Below, piece after piece: positions 8,783 to 18,720 of a DNA stretch of 40,372 nt. The notes beneath the pieces were generated by a model. That model searched no databases. It was given only the letters and a program-made list of their open reading frames with translations, and was not told the origin of the DNA. Origin of the DNA: a virus (Duplodnaviria > Caudoviricetes); IMG/VR virus record IMGVR_UViG_3300021368_002115, positions 1 through 40,372 of that record. The stretch is one strand, 5' to 3'. The position numbers and the translations under genes were made by a program. Positions within the stretch are counted from its first letter, which is position 1. Each line of letters opens with the position of its first letter.

Positions 8783-10185
8783 ACCATTTACAAGATGTAA
8801 ATAACAAACTAAATGAAGTTGGTTGTGGATTCTGTTTAGCAAAATGGACTCAAGTAACTATGCACCTTAGTACAGGTATGACTCATTCATGCCACCACCC
8901 ATCACCACATAAAATACCACTAAGAGAAATAGAAAGAAATCCATCTGCATTACACAATACAAGACATAAGAAAGATAAGAGAAGAGAAATGTTATCAGGA
9001 AAAAGACCTGACGAGTGTAACTATTGTTGGAACGTAGAAGATAATTCAAAATCATATTCTGATAGAACCTTCAAATCTTCAGAACAATGGTCATGGCCAG
9101 AATATGATAAAATTAAAAATTCAAATTGGAGAGATAACTTTAATCCAAAATATGTTGAGGTTTCGTTTTCAAACACTTGTAATTTTAAGTGTGCATATTG
9201 TGGACCACAGTATTCTTCAAAGTGGGTAGAAGAAATAGAGAAACATGGTCCGTATAACACCTCTACAAATTATAATCAAATAGATACTCTTAGGAAAAGA
9301 GGAGAGATGCCCTATAAAAAGAGTGAAAAAAACCCCTATATTGATGCATTTTGGGAATGGTGGCCTGATTTATATAAAGATTTACATACATTTAGAATTA
9401 CAGGTGGAGAACCTTTACTTTCTAAAGATACATTTAAGGTATTAGAATATATTAGGGATAATTGGGAAGATAATCCAAACTTATCTTTGGCAATAAATAC
9501 AAATATGAATGTACCCAAAGGTTTAATGAATCGTTTTATAGAATTATGTGAAGATTTATCTAATAACAATAAAGTTAGAGAACTTATAATATTTACATCA
9601 GTTGAAGGAACAGATAAACAGGCAGAATATACTAGATATGGGTTACACTATGAAACCTTTTGGAAAAATGTTGATACTTTTTTAACTAAACTACCAAAAG
9701 TTACTGTAAATATTATGGCAACCTTCAATGCACTTTCTGTTTTTACTTATGGTGATTTGATTGATAGAGTTTTTCATATGAAGAAGAAACATCAAAATGG
9801 AAAAAGATATTGGGTATCTGCCATTCAACTAGATACATCATATTTAAGATGGCCTTCTCATTTATCTGTTAGAATTTTAGATGATGAAGATAAAAAGTTA
9901 ATATTAGAATCTGCTAAAAAAGCTTTGTATTATGGTATTAAAGAATTTACACACGATAACTATGGGTTTTCTAATGTTGAGATACAAAAGATAAAAAGAA
10001 TCTATGATTACTCGATAGGTCATAATGTAATATATGATATAGAAAAAAATAGAAAAGATTTTATAAAATTTGTAGATGAATTAGATAAAAGAAGAGGAAC
10101 GAATTTTGTAGATACATTTCCACAACTAAAAGAGTTTTATGTTAGAAATAAGAAAGGGGAATCCATGGATATTTTGGCCAAGTAG
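8779..10185 (+). CDS. Radical SAM protein with N-terminal twitch domain (#1)
   Basis: FCLAKW..SCHHP..ECNYCW auxiliary Cys set; CNFKCAYC; TGGEP. Confidence 0.9.
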   Translation: MNHLQDVNNKLNEVGCGFCLAKWTQVTMHLSTGMTHSCHHPSPHKIPLREIERNPSALHNTRHKKDKRREMLSGKRPDECNYCWNVEDNSKSYSDRTFKSSEQWSWPEYDKIKNSNWRDNFNPKYVEVSFSNTCNFKCAYCGPQYSSKWVEEIEKHGPYNTSTNYNQIDTLRKRGEMPYKKSEKNPYIDAFWEWWPDLYKDLHTFRITGGEPLLSKDTFKVLEYIRDNWEDNPNLSLAINTNMNVPKGLMNRFIELCEDLSNNNKVRELIIFTSVEGTDKQAEYTRYGLHYETFWKNVDTFLTKLPKVTVNIMATFNALSVFTYGDLIDRVFHMKKKHQNGKRYWVSAIQLDTSYLRWPSHLSVRILDDEDKKLILESAKKALYYGIKEFTHDNYGFSNVEIQKIKRIYDYSIGHNVIYDIEKNRKDFIKFVDELDKRRGTNFVDTFPQLKEFYVRNKKGESMDILAK

Positions 10186-10720
10186 TATTTGTGATAGCTT
10201 ACCAGAAAATCCAGCGGATAAATTACTTAATGGAAAACATTCTTATAAAATAGAATTATCTTTTACATTGTTAGATACTTCATCTGATAAAAAAACCTTA
10301 TTTTGTATTCTACCAAAATATTCAGGTATTGATATAGAAAAAGAAAAATTACTTTTATTAGTAGGTAAAAAAGATAAAACTGAGTTTTACAACTTAGACT
10401 ATGAAATTTATCCTCATAAAAAAACACATATATTGTATGAGTATATTTATAGTGAGAAGCTATGTATTACTGTAAACGATAAACTAATAAAAGAAATTAA
10501 TTTAACAGAACCGCTTGGGTTTGATGAAAATCCACACATAATATTCGGGTCAGGAAACTTTCCTAAAAACGGTTTTAACTTAAATTATACAGATGTAAAT
10601 TTCCACGAGTTTAAGTTTTATTCAAATGGAGAGTTATTATCTAATCATGATTTTGAAGAATTTATTTTCGATAAATCTGTTGATAAAACAACAAATTGCA
10701 ATTTTATACATAAACTTTAG
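10139..10720 (+). CDS. Stand-alone degenerate LamG/concanavalin-like protein
   Basis: Motif order THILYEY..LCITVND..IIFGSG..FHEFKFY..HDF..DKTTNCN parallels the LamG inserts of the GT7 proteins. Confidence 0.5.
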   Translation: MLEIRKGNPWIFWPSSICDSLPENPADKLLNGKHSYKIELSFTLLDTSSDKKTLFCILPKYSGIDIEKEKLLLLVGKKDKTEFYNLDYEIYPHKKTHILYEYIYSEKLCITVNDKLIKEINLTEPLGFDENPHIIFGSGNFPKNGFNLNYTDVNFHEFKFYSNGELLSNHDFEEFIFDKSVDKTTNCNFIHKL

Positions 10721-10726
10721 AGTTAT

Positions 10727-12358
10727 ATGAAAAGTATATTCGGTAAAAGAGAAAACGAAACATTTCAACAATATAGAGAACGCTCTATAAATTCCATCTC
10801 AAAATCATTTTGTGGTGCTAAGTGGTACAACGCAACTATATGGTTGGGAAATGGAACAACTGCAAGTTGTCATCACCCACCTGCACATAAAATACCTTTA
10901 GATGAAGTTGCTAAATCTTATAAAGCTCTTCACAATACAACATACAAGAAAGCAATTCGAAAAGAAATGTTAGAAGGTATTAGACCGAAGGAATGTGAAT
11001 ATTGTTGGAAGATTGAAGATTTAGGAGATGATAAAGTTTCCGATAGAGTTTATAAATCTGTAATATACTCAGACCAAGAGTTAAAAGATGCAAAAGAAGT
11101 TATGGGTTATACCGAAGATGTTGACCTTAAAACATTAGAGATTGCATTTGATGCAAATTGTAACTTTGGATGTTCATATTGTAATGCATCCTTTTCTACT
11201 ACATGGCAAAAAGATGTAAAACAATTTGGACCATATCAAAACCTAGTATCAGATGGTGCAGGAGCATTTCAACATGATGGAGGTCATGCAATGCCTTATG
11301 GAAGAAAGAATGAAGGTAATCCTTATGTAGAGGCGTTTTGGAAGTGGTGGGAAGCTGAATTACAATATAGTTTAAGAGAATTAAGAGTGACTGGTGGAGA
11401 ACCATCAATGTCACCAGACTTTTGGAAACTAATGGATTGGTGGAAAGCAAATCCTGAATGTGAAGTTCCTTTTGCAGTTAATTCTAACTTAGGACAAAAG
11501 AAAAAATTATTAGATGCTTTGATTGAATCATCTAAAAGTTTCAAAGATTTTAGTATCTATACATCAAATGAAGCAACAGGTATTCAAGCTGAATATATTA
11601 GATATGGTTTGGATTGGGATGTTTGGCTAAATAATATGCATAGAGTAAACTCCGAAGGAAACATCAAATCAGTAAACGTAATGATGACAATAAATGCACT
11701 TTGTTTATTTTCTATTACTGAATTTATGGATGAGATGTTAAAATTAAAAGAAAAGTATAGTCAACAAGCAGCTGTAATGTCTTTCAACATACTACGTTTT
11801 CCTTCGTTTCAATCAATAGTTACTTTACCTGAAGAAATAAGATTAGAAAGAGCAGACCATATTGAAAAATGGTTAGAAAAAAATTGGAAAGGTGGTAGAG
11901 AAGGATTATTAGATATGGAACGAGATGGAATACTTCGTATGATTGATTACATAAGAAGAATTGAATCAGGACATAGACATACTTCATCCAAAGAAAGTAG
12001 AGAAAGAGATTGGAAATCATTTTACTCTCAATATGATAAAAGAAGAAAGAAAAACTTTTTAGAGGCTTTTCCTATGTTGAAAGAGTGGTGGGATAGTATA
12101 CCTGAAACAAATATAGAACAACTTAAAACTGTTATCGATGGAGATGATGCTAAATCAAATAGATATGTTGATGAAGTATTACAAAAAGCCAAAGATGAAG
12201 GTTGGGTTCTTAATCCACAATGGGCAAATCCAGGTGCACAAGATTACATTGAACCAGATGACCAACAACAAGATGATATGATTGATTTAGTTGAACAACT
12301 AAACGCAAACTCAGATGATAAGCATGTTGGTGGTATAGCAGGAAAGAAATTATTATGA
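10727..12358 (+). CDS. Radical SAM protein with N-terminal twitch domain (#2), acidic C-terminal extension
   Basis: FCGAKW..SCHHP..ECEYCW; CNFGCSYC; TGGEP. Confidence 0.9.
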   Translation: MKSIFGKRENETFQQYRERSINSISKSFCGAKWYNATIWLGNGTTASCHHPPAHKIPLDEVAKSYKALHNTTYKKAIRKEMLEGIRPKECEYCWKIEDLGDDKVSDRVYKSVIYSDQELKDAKEVMGYTEDVDLKTLEIAFDANCNFGCSYCNASFSTTWQKDVKQFGPYQNLVSDGAGAFQHDGGHAMPYGRKNEGNPYVEAFWKWWEAELQYSLRELRVTGGEPSMSPDFWKLMDWWKANPECEVPFAVNSNLGQKKKLLDALIESSKSFKDFSIYTSNEATGIQAEYIRYGLDWDVWLNNMHRVNSEGNIKSVNVMMTINALCLFSITEFMDEMLKLKEKYSQQAAVMSFNILRFPSFQSIVTLPEEIRLERADHIEKWLEKNWKGGREGLLDMERDGILRMIDYIRRIESGHRHTSSKESRERDWKSFYSQYDKRRKKNFLEAFPMLKEWWDSIPETNIEQLKTVIDGDDAKSNRYVDEVLQKAKDEGWVLNPQWANPGAQDYIEPDDQQQDDMIDLVEQLNANSDDKHVGGIAGKKLL

Positions 12359-13728
12359 AAATAAAACCATCAGAAGGAAATAAAACGTTTTGTATGGCTC
12401 CTTGGTCACACACTTACCTTTCACCACAAAGTGAGAGAAGATTATGTTGTGCTTCTAGAGAAAAAGCCGATTGGGCAACACAGTACATAGATGGAGATTC
12501 TGCAGATGAAGGTTCAACATATAATCCTGGTACATTAAAAGACCATTGGAATTCTGATTACATGAAGGGAATTCGTAGAGATTTAATGGCAGGTAAAGAA
12601 ATACCACAATGTGCTGTTTGTAACGATAAACTACTAAACATTTCAATTTATAGAGATTATTTTACAAAAACTCTATTCCCAAATAAAATTGATGAAGCTT
12701 TTGAAAAGACACGAGATGATGGTTATACCGATATGGTGCCAATTTCATTCGATTACAGAGTAAGAAATCTTTGTAACTTCAAATGTAGAATGTGTGGTGA
12801 CCAACTATCTTCATCTTGGGAGGCTGAACGAAGAGCAATGGGTGATTATGAACAAGAAGGTAATACTGATTTTTGGGCTCTTAAAGAAAATAAACCTGCT
12901 ATAGAAAACTTTCAAAAAGATGTTGCTGAAGCTGAACTATGGGAGGCAGTAAAAAGTGGAGTTATAGAAGAAATATATTGGGTAGGTGGAGAACCTTTAA
13001 TGTGGGAGATACATTGGGAAATCATGGAATATTTGGTTGAAAATGATTTGGCAAAAAATGTATGGATACGATACAACTCAAACTTTAGTAGAACTACTTA
13101 CAAACATTGGGATTTACGAGAAATGTTACCACATTTCAAAATGGTTCAGATTTGTGCATCAATTGATGGTGTAGGTGAAAATGTAGAATATGTTAGACAT
13201 GGTATAAAATGGGATAGTTGGATTAAAAACTTCAAAGATTTTACTTTCCTAAATAAAAAATATGGTGATTATGGAATTGCGTTTGATTTAACAATAACAA
13301 CACCAGGTTTATTCTGTCTAAAAGAGTTATTAGATTTAGCATTAGAATTGGATGTACATACATTAATTAAAACTACATTTGCTTTTGATAGTTCTATTAT
13401 GATGTGTCCTCAAGTTTTACCTAGAGAACTATTTGATGAAATATTAGATGATTTGATTGAGTATGCAACTCCAAAGGTAATTAATACAAAATATTCTTAT
13501 TGGATTGATTGTTTAACTGACCTTAAAAACAGACAAGTTTTCTCTGAACAATATGATGATTGGCAAGATGGGTTAAAAAGAGGTAAAAAAAGATTAGAGA
13601 GAGTAGATAAGTGGAGAAGAAATGAAGGAGTTATTGAAACTATATACGAACAAAACCCAAAAGTATTAGAATGGTGGAATTCTATTGACTTATCAGATGA
13701 ACCTGATATACCAACAAATATAATATGA
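12355..13728 (+). CDS. Radical SAM protein with N-terminal twitch domain (#3)
   Basis: FCMAPW..RLCC..QCAVC; CNFKCRMC; VGGEP. Confidence 0.9.
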   Translation: MKIKPSEGNKTFCMAPWSHTYLSPQSERRLCCASREKADWATQYIDGDSADEGSTYNPGTLKDHWNSDYMKGIRRDLMAGKEIPQCAVCNDKLLNISIYRDYFTKTLFPNKIDEAFEKTRDDGYTDMVPISFDYRVRNLCNFKCRMCGDQLSSSWEAERRAMGDYEQEGNTDFWALKENKPAIENFQKDVAEAELWEAVKSGVIEEIYWVGGEPLMWEIHWEIMEYLVENDLAKNVWIRYNSNFSRTTYKHWDLREMLPHFKMVQICASIDGVGENVEYVRHGIKWDSWIKNFKDFTFLNKKYGDYGIAFDLTITTPGLFCLKELLDLALELDVHTLIKTTFAFDSSIMMCPQVLPRELFDEILDDLIEYATPKVINTKYSYWIDCLTDLKNRQVFSEQYDDWQDGLKRGKKRLERVDKWRRNEGVIETIYEQNPKVLEWWNSIDLSDEPDIPTNII

Positions 13729-14951
13729 TAGCTGCTGGAGAAGAATATAGAAAAAAGTCATTTTGTGTATTACCATTTACACATTTGGCAACACACCCAA
13801 TTGGTACAGTAACACCTTGTTGTATAACCGATATGACAGATGGTGTATCTACTGCTTCCGATAAAGATGGCCATCATTTGTTTTTATCTAAAGATAGTTT
13901 GGATGATATATCTAATTCTGATAAGTTTAATGAAATAAGAAAACAAATGGTTAATGGTGAATTTCCATCTGTTTGTCAAAAGTGTTACAAATATGATTTT
14001 AATGGAGTTCATTCTAAACGAATGGAATCTAACTTAAAGTTTGCTCATTTAATTGATGAATGCTTTAAGAATGTTAATCCAGATGGTTCACTAAAAACAG
14101 TAAACTACAAATATGTTGAATTAAGATTAGGTACTGTTTGTAATTTGAAATGTACAACTTGTAATCCATTTTCATCTAATAGATGGCATCAAGATTTGAG
14201 TGCATTTAAGGGAACTGAATTTGAAAGAGATTATTTTAGGAATGATATAAAAACAGAATGGTATAGAGATTATGATTTCTATGATGAGTTGTACACTAGA
14301 TGTGATGGGTTAGAAGAAGTTTGGATAAATGGAGGAGAACCAACATTAATACGAGAACATGGATATTTCTTAAATAAGTTTGTAGAAGATGGTAGAAGTA
14401 AGAATGTAGATTTACACTATAGCTTAAATTGTACTCAATTTCCTGACCACTTTATTGAACTATGGAAAAATTTTAGAAAGGTAAGAATACATTTATCAAT
14501 AGATGATATAGAAGATAGAAATTATTATGTAAGATTCCCTTCAGATTGGAATCAAATATATACATCATTTCAAAAAATAATAAAATATAAAGATGTGTTT
14601 GATTTAGAAGTTTGTCAAACAGTATCTGCATTAAATGTACATAAAATAAATGATTTCAAAGATTGGGTAGATAGTTACGGTTTGATAATTGCTCATAACT
14701 ATGTTCATTGGCCAAATCATATGCACGTTTCATTGATACCCGATAAAATGAAAGAAGAAATAAAAAAGAATATTAGTTCTTTGGCTCCACATGAGAAAGA
14801 TAGGTTGATTTTGGAGTTAGATAAACCAAAGGACTTGGATAGTGAGAGAAGATTTTATAGTTTTATTAATTTACTAGATAAAAAAAGAAAAGTATATATA
14901 GGTGATTACTTAGAAGAGTGGGATAAATACTTTAAGGAAAGAAAAATATGA
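13725..14951 (+). CDS. Radical SAM protein with N-terminal twitch domain (#4)
   Basis: FCVLPF..TPCC..VCQKCY; CNLKCTTC; NGGEP. Confidence 0.9.
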   Translation: MIAAGEEYRKKSFCVLPFTHLATHPIGTVTPCCITDMTDGVSTASDKDGHHLFLSKDSLDDISNSDKFNEIRKQMVNGEFPSVCQKCYKYDFNGVHSKRMESNLKFAHLIDECFKNVNPDGSLKTVNYKYVELRLGTVCNLKCTTCNPFSSNRWHQDLSAFKGTEFERDYFRNDIKTEWYRDYDFYDELYTRCDGLEEVWINGGEPTLIREHGYFLNKFVEDGRSKNVDLHYSLNCTQFPDHFIELWKNFRKVRIHLSIDDIEDRNYYVRFPSDWNQIYTSFQKIIKYKDVFDLEVCQTVSALNVHKINDFKDWVDSYGLIIAHNYVHWPNHMHVSLIPDKMKEEIKKNISSLAPHEKDRLILELDKPKDLDSERRFYSFINLLDKKRKVYIGDYLEEWDKYFKERKI

Positions 14952-16189
14952 AATATATGTGTACAGTACCATGGGTAGGATTCTCAAATGACCCTGATGG
15001 TAGAATTAGAGCTTGTTGTATATCAAAAGACCATGTTACTAAGGAAGATGGTTCATATTTTTATACCCAAAAGGATAATATCAAAGATATATTTCATAGT
15101 AAGTATATGAATGATTTACGACAAGAGTTTAAGGATGGTAAAATGCCCTCAAACTGTTCAACTTGTTGGAAAGATGAGGCAAATGGATACACTTCTAAGA
15201 GACAACACTATAATCAGATTATAAAAGAGTATTTAGGTGAACATGCTATACCAGAAGTTATAACATCACAACCAGTTTCAGAATATCCATTTGATTTTCA
15301 AGTAATATTAACCAATGCTTGTAATCTTAAATGTAGAAGTTGTGGTAGTTCACATAGTACAGAGTGGTATAAAGAACTAAAAACAATGTCATCTGAAACT
15401 GTTGGTGAAATTGGTAATTATTTATACCCACTTCCACATGGACAGGCTGGTGATAAGAAAGGTGAGTTCATTTCATCAATGGAAGATTGGTTACCATTTG
15501 TAAAACGAATAGAAATAGTAGGTGGTGAGCCTTTCTATACTAAAAATTGGGAAAATGCTTGGAACTTTATGATTGAAAAGGGTAAATCTCAAGATATCAT
15601 ATTAAATATGTCAACCAACGCAACAATTATTAATGAACCTTTGGTTCGTAGAATAGCAGAAAACTTTAAGAGGGTTGGTATTGGGTTGAGTATTGATGGT
15701 ATGGGTAAAACTTTTGAATATTTAAGAAAAAATGCTAAATGGGATGAGGTTACCAAGAACTTAATTAAGTTCAATGAGATAAATCTAGATTATCAAGCAC
15801 ATAATAAAACTTTTTTTAATTATACATACACAACTTCTTGGATTAATGCATATGAACTACCTGAGTTTCATGATTGGATACGAGAATATACACCAAGTTT
15901 TAATATTTGGATGAACATAATACATTCACCAGAACATATGTGTTTATATATGTTACCAAAAATATCAAAAGATAGAATCAAGAAAAAATGGCAAGGATAT
16001 GATTGGGGTAAATTCCAAAAAGATATAGATGGTATGATTTCTTATATGTACTCGAAACAACCATCTAAGAGTGAGATAAAAAAATTGTATAGAAGATATA
16101 CAATATTAGATAAATACAGAAAAGAAAGTACATTTGATGTAGTTAAAGATAACTTTCCTGAATTAGAAGAATTTTTTGAAAATGAGTAG
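14948..16189 (+). CDS. Radical SAM protein with N-terminal twitch domain (#5)
   Basis: MCTVPW..RACC..NCSTCW; CNLKCRSC; VGGEP. Confidence 0.9.
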   Translation: MKYMCTVPWVGFSNDPDGRIRACCISKDHVTKEDGSYFYTQKDNIKDIFHSKYMNDLRQEFKDGKMPSNCSTCWKDEANGYTSKRQHYNQIIKEYLGEHAIPEVITSQPVSEYPFDFQVILTNACNLKCRSCGSSHSTEWYKELKTMSSETVGEIGNYLYPLPHGQAGDKKGEFISSMEDWLPFVKRIEIVGGEPFYTKNWENAWNFMIEKGKSQDIILNMSTNATIINEPLVRRIAENFKRVGIGLSIDGMGKTFEYLRKNAKWDEVTKNLIKFNEINLDYQAHNKTFFNYTYTTSWINAYELPEFHDWIREYTPSFNIWMNIIHSPEHMCLYMLPKISKDRIKKKWQGYDWGKFQKDIDGMISYMYSKQPSKSEIKKLYRRYTILDKYRKESTFDVVKDNFPELEEFFENE

Positions 16190-17423
16190 AGAACTGGCAT
16201 TAAAATCAAAAACATTTTGTTCTGCCCTTTGGAGTGGCATATATCAGGCTCCAAATGGGAATGTTTCTCCATGTTGTGTTTGGAGAAAACCACTAGGAAA
16301 TGTAAATGATTTTAGTATTAGTGAAATATACAAATCAGATAGAGTTCGTAATCTTAAGGAAAAAATGTTAAAGGGAGAATATCTTACTGAATGTAATTAT
16401 TGTAATAAAATAGAAAAAGATACAGGTGATGTATCTAGTAGAGAATTTTTTAATAAACATTTTTTTAATTCTATTGATTTTGAATCATCAACTGAAAAGT
16501 TTGTTTATTGGGATTTAAGAATATCTAACTTATGTAATTTTAAGTGTAGAATGTGTAGTCATGGACTTAGTTCTGAGTGGTATGATGATTGGCAAAAAAT
16601 AAAGGGTACACACAATCCCAAAGTAGTTAAGATTGATGATAAATCAAAATTTTGGGATGAATTAGTACCTCATTATGATTTCGTAGAAAGTATTTATTTT
16701 GCAGGTGGAGAGCCTTTCTTAAATGAACATCATTACAGAATACTACAAGATTTAATTGATAGAGAATTATATGATACTAGAATTATTGTAAATACGAATG
16801 CCTCGATAACACATTGGAAAAAGAAAAAAATACTTGATTATTACAAAAAGTTTAATTATGTAGTTTTTGGATTTAGTATAGATGGTAGTTATGAAGTTGG
16901 TGAGTATATTAGAAAAGGATTGGATTATAAAAAATGGAAAGAAACTATTAGAGAGTATGTTGATTATATAGTAGAACGAAATACTGAAGATATAACATAT
17001 GTTTTTCAACATGCTTATGGAGTTACCAATTTTCATAACATTTATGATTATATAGTAGATTTATTCAAAAGTGGATTAGTAACAAATTATACACATTTTC
17101 AATTTCAACCAATAATGACTCCATTGGAACAATCTGTTATATCATTACCACCTAGTGTATTTGATAAATTTAAGGAAGATATAAAAAATTTACCAAGTAT
17201 TGTTTCACAGTACGATTTAGATGAAGATATTTTAGATAGAATACAAGTACAACTTAATGGGATTATAAAATATGTAGAAAGTAATCCATTTGAAAAAATG
17301 CATTTGTATGATTTTTACGAAAAACAAGAAGAACTAGATAAATTAAGAAATGAAAGTATATATGATGTAATGCCTGATTATAGGAAACATTCAATAAATA
17401 GAGATGGGAAAAAACTTATATAA
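16182..17423 (+). CDS. Radical SAM protein with N-terminal twitch domain (#6)
   Basis: FCSALW..SPCC..ECNYCN; CNFKCRMC; AGGEP. ATG 16182 preferred over TTG 16176. Confidence 0.9.
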   Translation: MSRELALKSKTFCSALWSGIYQAPNGNVSPCCVWRKPLGNVNDFSISEIYKSDRVRNLKEKMLKGEYLTECNYCNKIEKDTGDVSSREFFNKHFFNSIDFESSTEKFVYWDLRISNLCNFKCRMCSHGLSSEWYDDWQKIKGTHNPKVVKIDDKSKFWDELVPHYDFVESIYFAGGEPFLNEHHYRILQDLIDRELYDTRIIVNTNASITHWKKKKILDYYKKFNYVVFGFSIDGSYEVGEYIRKGLDYKKWKETIREYVDYIVERNTEDITYVFQHAYGVTNFHNIYDYIVDLFKSGLVTNYTHFQFQPIMTPLEQSVISLPPSVFDKFKEDIKNLPSIVSQYDLDEDILDRIQVQLNGIIKYVESNPFEKMHLYDFYEKQEELDKLRNESIYDVMPDYRKHSINRDGKKLI

Positions 17424-18720
17424 TATAGAAAAATTAAAAGATTCAAAATCTTTTTGTATAGCTCCTTGGATAACTGCACACACTTATCCAAGTGGAGATA
17501 TATTTCCATGTTGTTTATATAACACAGACCCAGCTGATTATAAAGATACTGACCCTCTAAAACCACCATTTGGTAATGTTAATAGAGATGAATTGAAAAC
17601 TGCTTGGAATTCCGATAAATATAAAGAGATGAGACTACAGATGTTAGATGGAAAAAAACCTGTGGGTTGTTCTCGTTGTTATCACTTAGAAAAAAATGAT
17701 GGAGATTCATATAGAAAAAAATTCAGAAGAGATTTTGAACATAAATATGAAATAGTTAATCAAACTAAAGAAGATGGCACACTACAAGATATGAAACTGT
17801 ATATGTGGGATTTTAGAATATCAAATTTCTGTAATCTTAAATGTAGAAGTTGTGGTCCTGACTTATCTTCAGCATGGTTTCAAGATTATATGAAACTTTT
17901 TCCTGAAGATACTGAAAGAAGAGCATTAATTAATATAAATGATAAAGCATCTTTCATGGATATGATTGAATCTCAATATGAATATGTAGAAGAGATATAT
18001 TTTGCAGGAGGCGAACCTCTTGTAATGCCAGAACATTGGTATATGTTAGAGAAACTTATTCAGATGGATAAAACAGATACTTTGATAAGATATTCAACTA
18101 ACTTTTCTAAATTAAAATTTGCTAAAAAACATATATTTGATTATTGGAAAAAATTTGATAACTTAGACTTATATCTAAGTGTAGATGGAGTTGATGAAAT
18201 AGGTGAGTATGTTAGGAAAGGATTTGTTAGTGATGAGTTTATTCAAAATGTTAAAGATTTCTTAAATTCTGATGTTGGATATAGGCAATTTGGTTATATG
18301 GTAACATATGGTTCTCTAAATTTCTTACACTTATTTGATATTGTACTAAAGTTTTTTAATGAAGGTATTCTTGATAAAGAAAGACATGAAAAACAAATAA
18401 CAATGGCATTTAGTCCTATAACACAACCTAATTATTACAATTGTCAGCACTTACCTAATTGGGTAAAAAACAAATTCAAACTTAGGTTATCAGGATTCAG
18501 AAATGAAATGGAAAACGTAGATGTTAGTAGCGAAGTATGTGATATGATAATGAGAGATTTACAAAATGCTTACGATAGAGCAATTGAAACTCCATTTAAC
18601 TTAGAACAAATGAAAGTATTAAAATCATCTACTGAAAAATTAGATATAATTAGAAAAGAAAAATTTGAAGATATATTCTACTACTATGATGGTATAGATT
18701 CTCTACTTAGAAATAATTAA
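17404..18720 (+). CDS. Radical SAM protein with N-terminal twitch domain (#7)
   Basis: FCIAPW..FPCC..GCSRCY; CNLKCRSC; AGGEP. Confidence 0.9.
   Translation: MGKNLYNIEKLKDSKSFCIAPWITAHTYPSGDIFPCCLYNTDPADYKDTDPLKPPFGNVNRDELKTAWNSDKYKEMRLQMLDGKKPVGCSRCYHLEKNDGDSYRKKFRRDFEHKYEIVNQTKEDGTLQDMKLYMWDFRISNFCNLKCRSCGPDLSSAWFQDYMKLFPEDTERRALININDKASFMDMIESQYEYVEEIYFAGGEPLVMPEHWYMLEKLIQMDKTDTLIRYSTNFSKLKFAKKHIFDYWKKFDNLDLYLSVDGVDEIGEYVRKGFVSDEFIQNVKDFLNSDVGYRQFGYMVTYGSLNFLHLFDIVLKFFNEGILDKERHEKQITMAFSPITQPNYYNCQHLPNWVKNKFKLRLSGFRNEMENVDVSSEVCDMIMRDLQNAYDRAIETPFNLEQMKVLKSSTEKLDIIRKEKFEDIFYYYDGIDSLLRNN

Noticed and set aside
10125-10185. Programmed frameshift fusing rSAM #1 to the LamG-like ORF
   Set aside because: The downstream ORF has its own ATG, no convincing slippery heptamer or stimulatory structure was seen, and overlaps are common in this operon.
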